Shown: piece by piece, positions 20,284 to 28,658 of the stretch
Layout: every line of letters starts with the position of its first letter
Position numbering within the stretch: the first letter of the stretch is position 1
Virus record (IMG/VR): IMGVR_UViG_3300042366_000324
Location: 1-39,800 of that record
Source: a virus
Taxonomy: Duplodnaviria > Caudoviricetes
Length of the DNA stretch: 39,800 nucleotides
Reading direction: 5' to 3' (one strand)
Translations under genes and position numbers: made by a program
The notes under the pieces: model-generated
The model's database searches: none
What the model was told of the DNA's origin: nothing
The model's input: the letters and a program-made list of their open reading frames with translations, nothing else

Positions 20284-20519
20284 TACTTCACCTTCTTTCG
20301 TGGGGCCGCTTTCTTGGCGGCTTTCTTTACCGGCTTGGCAACCTTGCCGTACCGAACATCCTTGGGATCAAGGAAGTTGTAGATGACCGGCAGCACGGCG
20401 GCCAAACCAGCGGCAGCAAGCGCCCAAACGTCACGCTCACCAGAAATAGCCAAAGCCACAACTCCGGCACCAAACACCTTGGCCCAAGACTTCAGCATCT
20501 CAACATGTTCCTTCTTCAT
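20283..20519 (-). CDS. Putative holin
   Basis: Two hydrophobic segments; SWAKVF..LPVI..LDPKD.RYG actinophage-holin pattern; Lys/Ala-rich tail. Confidence 0.65.
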   Translation of the reverse strand: MKKEHVEMLKSWAKVFGAGVVALAISGERDVWALAAAGLAAVLPVIYNFLDPKDVRYGKVAKPVKKAAKKAAPRKKVK

Positions 20520-20520
20520 A

Positions 20521-20748
20521 TCACCACTTTCCAAGCGGACAGGTAGCCGCTTTTAGTTTTACTTTACCGATCATTACACAACCGCATTCTTTGCATTGAC
20601 TTGTCAACTTGATGAATCGGTCGCATGACTTGCATTTATCAAAACGTGAATCAGCCTCCTCTTGGCTTGACCTTTCAGCATTTGGATTCAGCAAGTCCCA
20701 CGGGCGTGTCTCGCCGACACGCTTCCTGTACTCTGCCCAAGCACTCAC
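20521..20748 (-). CDS. Small Cys-rich metal-binding protein (DUF6171-like)
   Basis: CKSC..QCKECGC.M..K.KL..ATCPLGKW; GTG start overlaps the upstream TGA. Confidence 0.7.
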   Translation of the reverse strand: MSAWAEYRKRVGETRPWDLLNPNAERSSQEEADSRFDKCKSCDRFIKLTSQCKECGCVMIGKVKLKAATCPLGKW

Positions 20749-20891
20749 TCTGGCTGCACCCACACAATCGTCGGGTTCGACTTGAACGCCGCAACAAGAG
20801 CCTCTGCTTGAGGCATCAACTGGATGTGGGCGGCAAATTCGCCGTCAACATAAACCTCAAAAGTTTCAAGATCATTAGGGGTGTCGCTCAT
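20745..20891 (-). CDS. Small tail-associated protein (48 aa)
   Basis: ATG at 20891 after SD GAGG; VYVDGE..AAFKSNPTIV pattern. Confidence 0.6.
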   Translation of the reverse strand: MSDTPNDLETFEVYVDGEFAAHIQLMPQAEALVAAFKSNPTIVWVQPE

Positions 20892-20898
20892 TGGTTCC

Positions 20899-21666
20899 TC
20901 ATTGCGGTGCGTAGATGAATGTTTCAATACGGTCGGCCTGAGTGCCGGTCGTCCTCGGAGCAATAATCATACCATGACGCTTCGCACGAGTATGACCAGT
21001 CGGCGTGTGCACAACCGAGGCTACCGTGCCACCGGTGGACATTTGTGCTGTGGCCGTAATTTGCGAGGATTCCGTAGTAACCGCCTGAACGTAGGCAACC
21101 GTCAAACCGCCACCAATGTTGCCCGATGCAATGTTCGTGGTGGACACGGTTGTGACCGTGCCACCCTCACGCTTCAACAGTCTCAAAACGTAGTTGTAAC
21201 AGGTGCCGTATACCGGGTATGAGCATGTGCCCGAGTTGGCCACCAATGTGCAGTTCCCAATACACCCACCACCGTCACAGGAGTAGCAGTTACAGCCGCC
21301 ATCAGGTCCGCATTGGTCTGAACCGCAAGCACAACAGCCGCTGGACGTACCAACCTGACACGAATACTCGGTGCGGTCCACCACGGCAGCCCACCAGTTA
21401 TTTGAGTCAACAACCCAAAACGCCACACCCCAGCCAAACGTATTGGCAACCCCGTATTCGGAACGAACCGACACGTTGTTTGTGTTCGCATTGAACGACG
21501 CCAGCGGGTACGACGATGCGGCGGTAGCCGTATAGGCGTCATCCGATAGGGCGGACCAAGATCCCGAGGTGTTTGACCATCGGGCGTTTAGAGATCCTGT
21601 GCCGGTGAATGGATCAGTAAAACCAGCCAAAGCACCTGCGGCTGAAGCAACAATGCCGGGAATCAT
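20899..21666 (-). CDS. Putative receptor-binding/tail protein: beta-sandwich with a 12-Cys insert
   Basis: MIPGIVAS start coupled to the upstream stop; WGVAFWVVDSNNWWA; Cys-rich loop. Confidence 0.65.
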   Translation of the reverse strand: MIPGIVASAAGALAGFTDPFTGTGSLNARWSNTSGSWSALSDDAYTATAASSYPLASFNANTNNVSVRSEYGVANTFGWGVAFWVVDSNNWWAAVVDRTEYSCQVGTSSGCCACGSDQCGPDGGCNCYSCDGGGCIGNCTLVANSGTCSYPVYGTCYNYVLRLLKREGGTVTTVSTTNIASGNIGGGLTVAYVQAVTTESSQITATAQMSTGGTVASVVHTPTGHTRAKRHGMIIAPRTTGTQADRIETFIYAPQ

Positions 21667-22244
21667 TACGCAGCAATGTTTCCGATAAGCACCCAAGTAT
21701 CGGTCGCCCGCTTGATAAGCGTGGCGGCAGCCCATTGGCCAGCCAACTTTGTTTTAGAACCTTCAGAGTTCAAAGTGACTCCGACGGCCCCAACAACAGT
21801 CACCTGACCCGCACCAGTCTGGAGCAAGTCGATACGATCGCCAACAGCAAAAGCAACGCTACTATTTGTTGGCACCGAGAGTGTAATTCCTGCATCGTTA
21901 TTTAGTTCAACCAACTTGCCCAAGTCCGACAACACCAACGTGTAGGTTGTCCCGGTCTGGGCGTTCTGTGCGCTGTTGAATCCAGCAGAAGCAGCACCAG
22001 CAGCCAACTTTGTGGTCGTCACCGCACCATCGGCAATCTTGCCGCTGGTGACAGAAAGCCCAGCAATCTTTGTTTCGGTCACAGCAGAGGTGGCGATCTT
22101 TGCCCCGGTAATAGCGTTCGAGTCAATACCGGTGCCATCTTGCAGGGCGTCCACAAACTGCTTGACGGCAGTGAAGTTGCCGTTTACTTCTGATGCTTCG
22201 GCAACGCTGTTGTTTACGAATGAGTGTGGGATTGAAAGTGCCAT
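21666..22244 (-). CDS. Tail fibre protein
   Basis: AEASEVNGNF N-terminal anchor; AIT.AKIA/AVT..KLA repeats; NAQTGTTYTLVLSD..AGQV..W.LIG C-terminal domain. Confidence 0.75.
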   Translation of the reverse strand: MALSIPHSFVNNSVAEASEVNGNFTAVKQFVDALQDGTGIDSNAITGAKIATSAVTETKIAGLSVTSGKIADGAVTTTKLAAGAASAGFNSAQNAQTGTTYTLVLSDLGKLVELNNDAGITLSVPTNSSVAFAVGDRIDLLQTGAGQVTVVGAVGVTLNSEGSKTKLAGQWAAATLIKRATDTWVLIGNIAA

Positions 22245-22411
22245 TAGATGCTCCTTGCCTTGATTTCGTCAACTTTTGCCTTAACCAAGTCGGCATCGAC
22301 AAATGTTTTGTTGTCAAATGTTCCAGTCCAAACCGTCCCATCTGATTCAACAGAGAACGACTCGTAGCCAAGTTCTGTCAACGCTTCAAAGTAGATTTGA
22401 TGGTCAATCAC
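22244..22411 (-). CDS. 55-aa partner protein of the adjacent tail module (not in ORF track)
   Basis: MIDHQIYFEALTELGYESFSVESDGTVWTGTFDNKTFVDADLVKAKVDEIKARSI*; overlaps neighbours at both ends (GTGA, TAATG). Confidence 0.7.
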   Translation of the reverse strand: MIDHQIYFEALTELGYESFSVESDGTVWTGTFDNKTFVDADLVKAKVDEIKARSI

Positions 22412-22977
22412 AGTGCCACCACCGAAAAACTTCTTCCATACGCATTACAGTTTGTTGAACCTCTAGCAAACTTGGCCGTAAAAGTATTTGAACCAGCATT
22501 AAGGTTTGTCAATAAAACAGAACGAGAAATTGACATATCGGCCTGAGAATACGTGTATCCTCTGGCAACCATAAAGTCAAATGAACCAGCACCAATGCTG
22601 GTTGCACCAGTTACAGCAAAACTCATGTATACAGTAGATTCTGGGCTAGGTCTTGTGAAAAAGAAGCCAAAAGACACTAAAGCCTTAGTTCCAGTCGTAA
22701 GTGTCACGCTTTGTACTGTCGCCAAATCTCCATAACCACCAGTCGTAATTGTTTGCGATGTATCAACATTGGCTTGCCCAGACTGAATAGTTGGTTGAAA
22801 TCCAGATGTGTTCGTTGGTCCAATTGTCACCCACGAAGAACCATTCCAAGACCTAACCAAATCAGTATCGGTCTCATAAATGGTTTGACCCTCGTACGGA
22901 ACGGCAGGACGTGTCGAACTTGTACATACTCCGGGTTGAACAACTGATTGTGCACCAAGAACAGAACTAAGAGGCAT
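22408..22977 (-). CDS. Tail/RBP module D (shared anchor plus beta-sandwich)
   Basis: PGVCTSSTRP..PYEGQTIYETDTD..W.G..W N-terminal domain. Confidence 0.7.
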   Translation of the reverse strand: MPLSSVLGAQSVVQPGVCTSSTRPAVPYEGQTIYETDTDLVRSWNGSSWVTIGPTNTSGFQPTIQSGQANVDTSQTITTGGYGDLATVQSVTLTTGTKALVSFGFFFTRPSPESTVYMSFAVTGATSIGAGSFDFMVARGYTYSQADMSISRSVLLTNLNAGSNTFTAKFARGSTNCNAYGRSFSVVAL

Positions 22978-23182
22978 TGATAATCACCGTTTCTTTGTGA
23001 ATGAAATCATTTGTTTGTTCGTCCCATAAATCGCCAAAAGTTGGATATGTTTTTGTTTCATCTCCCCTAAATGCCTGTACCCAGCGCCCACCAAGCATTT
23101 GTGTTGCCCATTCTGCTTCACCAACAATGAGTTCTAGGACAATATTGTTTTCATCAAGTTTTGCAGCAACCTTTTCAATCAT
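22967..23182 (-). CDS. Small tail-fibre partner/chaperone-like protein
   Basis: AKLDENNIV..GGRWVQ..WDEQTNDF; paralogous to 25043-25291. Confidence 0.7.
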   Translation of the reverse strand: MIEKVAAKLDENNIVLELIVGEAEWATQMLGGRWVQAFRGDETKTYPTFGDLWDEQTNDFIHKETVIINAS

Positions 23183-24057
23183 CGTCCACTCCTTACGTAT
23201 GCAACACCAGACCATCCAGCATTTGTTCCAGATGTTGCGTTACCGCCACCACCTGTGTTATTTGCCCCAGTCCCGGTGCCAGCGGTTCCGCTGGTTCCTG
23301 CACCACCTCCACCACGAATGGTCGTGTTTGCGCTTTGTCCAAGCCATGCAGAAATGTCTAAACCATTTCCACCAGTCAATCCACTTGCTGCAGTTCCAGC
23401 GCCTCCTCCACCACCGGCATTTGGTCCCGATGCGGTGCCTCCAGTATTCCCGTGATAACCCCATTGGACAATTCCACCCGGTTGAGCACCGCCATAAACG
23501 CCACCCCCACCGGCGCTTCCGCCCCAAGCATTTGCACCAGCGCCATAACTTCCAGTCGCTCCACCAAAAGCCATAAATAAAACAATTCCACTTTCCGCTG
23601 AAGCAAACTTTGTCGGTCCACCTTGACGGCCAAGACTGCTGTTTCCTGCACCAATTGTTACGGCATAAGTTCCTGCAGGGAGAAACTGTCTGTAAGCAAA
23701 AAACAAATCTCCCCCACCTCCACCGCCGCCCTGAGACACCCCAATGCCGCCGCCCATTCCACCTGCGCCGACAAGAAGAACATCGATAAAACCGGCGACA
23801 CTAATTGTCAAGTTTGTAGAAGAATTGAATGTGTGAAGTTTGTAATTTACGCTATTTGCCGTAATGTTTGATTCTGTTCCGCCGCTAGCGGTTGCGTATG
23901 GAGTTGACCCTATCGTAACCCACGAACTTCCGTTCCAAATACGGACAAGATCCGTATCCGTTTCATAAATCAACATTCCGTCAAAAGGCGTTGATGGACG
24001 ATTGGTAGAAGTGCAAACACCCGGCCTCAAACCCTGATTCGTTGCGCTAATCGTCAT
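23179..24057 (-). CDS. Glycine-rich tail/RBP module C
   Basis: Shared anchor; YKLHTF, LLVGAGG..GGGGGGG, GGGG repeats. Confidence 0.75.
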   Translation of the reverse strand: MTISATNQGLRPGVCTSTNRPSTPFDGMLIYETDTDLVRIWNGSSWVTIGSTPYATASGGTESNITANSVNYKLHTFNSSTNLTISVAGFIDVLLVGAGGMGGGIGVSQGGGGGGGDLFFAYRQFLPAGTYAVTIGAGNSSLGRQGGPTKFASAESGIVLFMAFGGATGSYGAGANAWGGSAGGGGVYGGAQPGGIVQWGYHGNTGGTASGPNAGGGGGAGTAASGLTGGNGLDISAWLGQSANTTIRGGGGAGTSGTAGTGTGANNTGGGGNATSGTNAGWSGVAYVRSGR

Positions 24058-25043
24058 GAAAAAGTAACCGTCCCTGTGCCAGCCGTAAACTGGTAAACCC
24101 TGTTATTTGAAACAATGCTCACACTATAGGTCAAACCGTTTCCCACATTCAGTTCCGGGTAATTCGACGGATACCTGACCACCACAATCCCGGAGCCACC
24201 GTTCCCGGCCGACTGCACGTTTCCGGCGCTATTCCCGTTGTGACCGCCACCGCCACCCCCAGCGCCTCTGTTAGCAACGCCATCTGTTGCCGTTTTTGAA
24301 AAGTCGGTTGTGCCGCCATTACCACCGATACTGCTGCCACCAGTTCCACCAACTCCGTAGCCGCTTCTCGTGCCTCCGCCGCCACCAGCGGCGTAAAACA
24401 GGGTTGTTCCCGTTATGGAACTTTCTTTCCCGGCACCACCGTTGCCTCCACGAACCGAGGCAACACGTGTTTCTCCGTCGGCAGATGCACCTCCGCCTCC
24501 GCCGCCATTATTCCCGTCGCCGGTTCCTCCACCAAAGCCCTGACCAACAGTACCGGTAGATCCAGCCCCCTGCCCTCCACCGCCGCCAGAACCTCCAGTA
24601 GTTCCATTGACACGAGTGTCGTTTACAGCGTGGGCGCCACCAGCGCCACCGCCCAAAGCGGTTACTGTATGAAGAACGGAATCACCCCCCGGGTTTCCAC
24701 GCTGAGATGTGCTGTTCCACGCAAAACCACCGGACCCACCAGCGCCAATAGTAACCGTATGGTTTACATTTTTTGTTAGGGCAATGGTTCCTTCAAGAAA
24801 TCCACCCCCACCTCCACCGCCACCGATGACTCCTCCGCCACCACCACCGCCACCAACGACCAAATATTGAACCGAAAAAAATGTTCCAACAAAAAAGTTG
24901 GCAATCCAACCAGACCCGTCCCAAAGACGAACACTTGATGTGTCCGTCTCAAAAATCATTTGACCCAAAAATGGAAAAACCGGTCTGGTTATTGATGTGC
25001 AAATTACGTAGTCATCTCCAACCGCTGTAAAAAAACGACCCAT
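24054..25043 (-). CDS. Glycine-rich tail/RBP module B
   Basis: Shared anchor (ICTSITRP..GQMIFETDT); YLVVGGGGGGG; GGSGIVVVRY; VYQFTAGTG. Confidence 0.75.
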   Translation of the reverse strand: MGRFFTAVGDDYVICTSITRPVFPFLGQMIFETDTSSVRLWDGSGWIANFFVGTFFSVQYLVVGGGGGGGGVIGGGGGGGGFLEGTIALTKNVNHTVTIGAGGSGGFAWNSTSQRGNPGGDSVLHTVTALGGGAGGAHAVNDTRVNGTTGGSGGGGGQGAGSTGTVGQGFGGGTGDGNNGGGGGGASADGETRVASVRGGNGGAGKESSITGTTLFYAAGGGGGTRSGYGVGGTGGSSIGGNGGTTDFSKTATDGVANRGAGGGGGGHNGNSAGNVQSAGNGGSGIVVVRYPSNYPELNVGNGLTYSVSIVSNNRVYQFTAGTGTVTFS

Positions 25044-25291
25044 TATTCACCAACTAGAGGATCAAAAAAAATGTCCTTTTCGGGGTCATACTTGTAGCCG
25101 GTACCAGCAAAAATCCTTCTAAAAGAATTACTGAAACTTGTCTGAATCCATCGACCACCAAAAATCTTTGAACAAAAAGCAGCCCCAATAAACTCTTGCT
25201 CGACGCCATCAGCGTCGACACATTCAGAGTTATTCACGTACACAACACGAAGCACGTTGTTGTCTTGATCTAGTTCAGCGAAATGTGCCAT
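25043..25291 (-). CDS. Small tail-fibre partner/chaperone-like protein
   Basis: MAHFAELD..N.V.RV..GGRWIQTS...FAG.GY.YD...D.F, the pattern commonly seen next to Gly-rich fibres. Confidence 0.75.
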   Translation of the reverse strand: MAHFAELDQDNNVLRVVYVNNSECVDADGVEQEFIGAAFCSKIFGGRWIQTSFSNSFRRIFAGTGYKYDPEKDIFFDPLVGE

Positions 25292-26229
25292 CAGAAAACA
25301 ATTGTTCCAGATCCAGTAAACGTGTAAATGATGTACCCTCCAGCAGTAGTTACAACTGGAGAACCCGTGTATGCCGTTGTTGGTTTTTGATTTGCTGGAT
25401 GACGAATAATAACAACACCAGACCCGCCAGCATTACCGTTCAGAAGCGAGGTATTACCACCACCGCCACCACCACGATTGGCGGCACCAGCGCTCATTTG
25501 ACCGGTTGCATTGCCGTTTCCACCACCATCACGGCCAATACCATCAGCCCTGTCGGCACCGCCACCTCCACCAGCATAACTGGTTGTTGTTCCAGTAAAG
25601 TTTGTCGTGTAGCCGTAACCACCCTCAGATTGCTCTCCGTCGGATGTGAAACCACCACCACCGCCTGCTCCAGAGTTGTTTCCTCCAGATCCGTTATACC
25701 CGGTTACTCCACGAATAGACGCAGATCCACCCGGTCCGCCAGTTCCGTAAGAAGCGCCTCCACCTCCAGATGCGCCAGTTGCTCCACCACCGTTACTGAA
25801 ACGTCCTCCAGCGCCACCACCACTCGAAGTTATGGTTGTAAGACCTGTAGCGGCAATTGACGAAGAAGCACCGTTTGATGGGCCAGCCTGACTTCTTCCA
25901 AAACCGCCAGTACCACCCGCACCAACAGTAAACGTGTACGTAGTTCCTTTTGTGATTGATATGGTGCCAGTTTTTACTTCCCCACCACCACCGCCACCGC
26001 TGTGGTCTCCGCCTCCTCCGCCACCGCCACCAACAACAAGATATTCAAATGATGTTGGTGCGGGACGTGGATCCAATGTTCCATTCCATCCACCGTTTGT
26101 GTAAATAGAAATAAGACCAGTATCCGTTTCATAGATCATCTGACCCTCAAAAGGGTTTGATGGCCTAGACGTTGATGTGGCCGTAGTTCTTTTTATTTGG
26201 CCTGCGCCGTAAGCAGAATCCAATCCCAT
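25291..26229 (-). CDS. Glycine-rich tail/RBP module A
   Basis: Shared anchor (TSTSRPSNPFEGQMIYETDT); YLVVGGGGGGG; GGSGVVIIR; IYTFTGSG. Confidence 0.75.
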   Translation of the reverse strand: MGLDSAYGAGQIKRTTATSTSRPSNPFEGQMIYETDTGLISIYTNGGWNGTLDPRPAPTSFEYLVVGGGGGGGGDHSGGGGGGEVKTGTISITKGTTYTFTVGAGGTGGFGRSQAGPSNGASSSIAATGLTTITSSGGGAGGRFSNGGGATGASGGGGASYGTGGPGGSASIRGVTGYNGSGGNNSGAGGGGGFTSDGEQSEGGYGYTTNFTGTTTSYAGGGGGADRADGIGRDGGGNGNATGQMSAGAANRGGGGGGNTSLLNGNAGGSGVVIIRHPANQKPTTAYTGSPVVTTAGGYIIYTFTGSGTIVF

Positions 26230-26231
26230 GA

Positions 26232-26570
26232 CTAAGCCGTCTGCTTCTCCCAGCCGATAGCCGTAACAGTCACCTTAGACCCGGTATCGGACAAACCTTG
26301 CAAAGTTTCTCCTGCAGCAAGAACAAGAGCCGTATCAAACACCACCGTATCGTTAGCGCCAATAGGCAAATTGGACATCAAACGGTTCGCCGCAGTAGCG
26401 GCAGAACCAATCGACAAAGTAACCGTACGATCAACCGTGTCCGTGTTGCAAATCACAATCTGCTTGATAATGTCCGCATAACCCGTAGCAGCAGTCACAA
26501 TTGTGGTCGTGGTCGTACCCAACTGAATTGGGCCACCAAGCCGAGCCTCGTTCCTGTCTCCAATAGCCAT
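26232..26570 (-). CDS. Small beta-rich virion/tail protein
   Basis: IKQIVICNTD..LVLAAGETL pattern; inside the tail cassette. Confidence 0.7.
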   Translation of the reverse strand: MAIGDRNEARLGGPIQLGTTTTTIVTAATGYADIIKQIVICNTDTVDRTVTLSIGSAATAANRLMSNLPIGANDTVVFDTALVLAAGETLQGLSDTGSKVTVTAIGWEKQTA

Positions 26571-26571
26571 C

Positions 26572-27612
26572 CTATACTCCTATGTCCATCGTTACTATCG
26601 CCGCAAAACCACTATTCGTAATCGGGTTCGTTGCGGGCGCCGCACCCCAAGTTGTGTTGTAATCCGTGTTATCAACCTTCGTCAAAATCTGACCAGCAGT
26701 ACCACCCACAGGAACGCCGGGGCCAGCAGGACCCGTCGCACCAGTCGGTCCTACAGGGCCAACATCACCCTGAATACCCTGAGGACCCTGAGGGCCCGTC
26801 GCACCCGTAGCACCCGTAGGACCAGTCGGTCCCGTGAGACCAATTGGCCCCTGCGGGCCTTCGGCACCGACAGCACCTGACAGGTTTACCGTCCATGACG
26901 AATACGTTCCAGAACCATCCGTATCGGTGACAACAGCCACAATAACGCCCGTAACCGAGTCGTACGTGTCGATTTCGGCGTGGATGTGATTGCCAATGTT
27001 GTACGAAATCAGAATTGTTTGGTTCGTCGAATACGACAACCCAGCGGCAACCGTCAAAGTCACCGTAGACCCAATCGCAGGAATCGTCAGCGATGTCGAA
27101 GACGTCGTCTGATACTTGTCACCAGCCAAACCCTGCGGACCCTGAGGCCCCTGAGGACCAGTAGGTCCAGTTGCACCGGTCGCACCAGTAGGTCCAGTCA
27201 AACCCTGAATGCCCTGAGGACCTTGAGGACCCATGGGGCCAGTATCACCAGTTAGACCAGTAGCACCTTGAGGTCCTTGTGGACCCTGTGGGCCAGTTGC
27301 ACCAGTAGCACCAGTGGCTCCAGTTGCACCAGTAGCACCCGTTTGACCTGCTGGAATAGAAAAATCCAAAACAGCGGCTTGAGAGGTACCCGAGTTGAAA
27401 ACAATAGCACTAGAACCCGGCAACCCCGTCGAAACCGCTCCCACAGCGATCGTAGCCGCAGGACCCTGAACACCCTGAGGCCCAATAGGTCCAGCAGGCC
27501 CCTGAACACCCGTAGGACCAATCGAGGACGTACTGAGAAGCGTAATAACGCCAGTACGAACCTGACCGACACTCTCCTCGGAACGGGAGACGTTAATCTC
27601 TAACTGAGCCAT
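26572..27612 (-). CDS. Collagen-like triple-helix repeat tail-fibre protein
   Basis: Long Gly-X-Y tracts (GATGATG, GPQGPQG) flanking a beta domain; [15 protein letters not shown]-terminus. Confidence 0.85.
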   Translation of the reverse strand: MAQLEINVSRSEESVGQVRTGVITLLSTSSIGPTGVQGPAGPIGPQGVQGPAATIAVGAVSTGLPGSSAIVFNSGTSQAAVLDFSIPAGQTGATGATGATGATGATGPQGPQGPQGATGLTGDTGPMGPQGPQGIQGLTGPTGATGATGPTGPQGPQGPQGLAGDKYQTTSSTSLTIPAIGSTVTLTVAAGLSYSTNQTILISYNIGNHIHAEIDTYDSVTGVIVAVVTDTDGSGTYSSWTVNLSGAVGAEGPQGPIGLTGPTGPTGATGATGPQGPQGIQGDVGPVGPTGATGPAGPGVPVGGTAGQILTKVDNTDYNTTWGAAPATNPITNSGFAAIVTMDIGV

Positions 27613-27947
27613 TAGCGGGTAACGTCAGCCAACACGTTCACGGAACCAGCCAGAATGGTCGACACCGCCCCACCGTTGGTTTCCTCAAAGTCCCAATAGT
27701 AAATGCCGGGAGACAGCAGCGCTGTCGAAGCGGCAGAAAGCGTACAAGTCACCTGACCAGCAGCCGCATTCGTAATCACACAAGTAAACGAAGCCGCAAT
27801 AATCGTCGAATCCTTCGTTTGCCGAATCTGTGAACGGTACGTACGCCCCGTAATGTTGATAGCACCCGTACCATCATCCATGTTGATAACCAAACTCTCG
27901 GTATCACCACGGGTAATCGTCAGGTTCTGTGTCGTAGGTACCGCCAC
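27612..27947 (-). CDS. Ig-like tail attachment protein (BppU-N/LtfC-like)
   Basis: [34 protein letters not shown] pattern. Confidence 0.7.
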   Translation of the reverse strand: MAVPTTQNLTITRGDTESLVINMDDGTGAINITGRTYRSQIRQTKDSTIIAASFTCVITNAAAGQVTCTLSAASTALLSPGIYYWDFEETNGGAVSTILAGSVNVLADVTR

Positions 27948-28081
27948 TAGTCCTCCAAATCCTTCATCTTGCGAGGTTCCCCCTCACAGCACGAGTCCTT
28001 GTTGCCGCACTCGGGGCAAAGCCACCGAGTCGCAACCGGCGGATACTCGCAACCGCAATTCGGGCACTCAATCGTACTCAT
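27947..28081 (-). CDS. 44-aa CPxCG zinc-finger microprotein (not in ORF track)
   Basis: MSTIECPNCGCEYPPVATRWLCPECGNKDSCCEGEPRKMKDLED*; overlaps neighbours (ATGA, TAGTG). Confidence 0.75.
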   Translation of the reverse strand: MSTIECPNCGCEYPPVATRWLCPECGNKDSCCEGEPRKMKDLED

Positions 28082-28515
28082 CCAACCACACGCAACTGTG
28101 ACCGCTGAGACTTCTCCCGATCAGCCACAGCAGCAATCAACTGATCCAACTCATCATCAGAAAGTTCAGCCGCCTTCTTATTAGACTGAACCGTTACCGT
28201 AGGCGGAGCCATACGGTTCGTAGCCTGCAAATACAACTGCGCAGACTTCACATCACCATCCAAAGCCTTAGCGTACAACGTATCCAACAGCCTTGCCGTA
28301 CGCTCCGGCGACCCTTGAACTTCGTCCACCGCCGCTTTCCATTGATTACGGAAAACTTCCTTCTTCTCCCAGCGGCGCAGGGTCGTCTCGTTGACACCGA
28401 GGTGTACAGCCATCTTGTGCTTGCTAGGAGGCTGACGCTCACTTGGGGCCGTGCACAGCCAGTCCAGATACTGCTGCTGTTGCGGAGTCAACGTGAGTTC
28501 TTCATTCTTGTTCAT
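28078..28515 (-). CDS. Putative terminase small subunit (N-terminal HTH)
   Basis: HTH MAVHLGVNETTLRRW; KALDGDVKSAQLYL; ELSDDELDQLI tail; first gene of the late operon. Confidence 0.7.
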   Translation of the reverse strand: MNKNEELTLTPQQQQYLDWLCTAPSERQPPSKHKMAVHLGVNETTLRRWEKKEVFRNQWKAAVDEVQGSPERTARLLDTLYAKALDGDVKSAQLYLQATNRMAPPTVTVQSNKKAAELSDDELDQLIAAVADREKSQRSQLRVVG

Positions 28516-28533
28516 CACCCCTAAGGCAAGTTT

Positions 28534-28538
28534 GTTAC
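28534..28538 (-). promoter_or_regulatory. GTAAC late-promoter-like element (also at 18592-18596, 16318-16322, 14459-14463, 10215-10219; plus strand 28563-28567)
   Basis: GTAAC(A/G)A recurs 16-18 nt upstream of four start codons. Confidence 0.55.
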
Positions 28539-28567
28539 TTTTTCACAAGCGCACAATGTCATGTAAC

Positions 28568-28636
28568 GGGAGGGGGGGACTATAGGGGGGGGAGGGCAAA
28601 ACCCCAGTCCCAGACCGCCCCACAGGGGCGGCTGGG
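28568..28636 (+). other. G-tract plus bulged-A hairpin element 1
   Basis: GGG-A-G7-ACTATA-G8-A-GGG, then CCCAG-A-CCGCCCC-ACA-GGGGCGG-CTGGG. Confidence 0.6.
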
Positions 28637-28658
28637 GCACGAACACAGGGAGAGAACA

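Noticed and set aside
26690-27520. Nucleotide tandem repeats (gcaccagta, ggaccctga)
   Set aside because: Explained by Gly-X-Y collagen coding
14522-27612. Diversity-generating retroelement suggested by the BPP-1-like capsid and multiple RBPs
   Set aside because: No reverse transcriptase, Avd-like gene or adenine-mismatched TR/VR pair was seen
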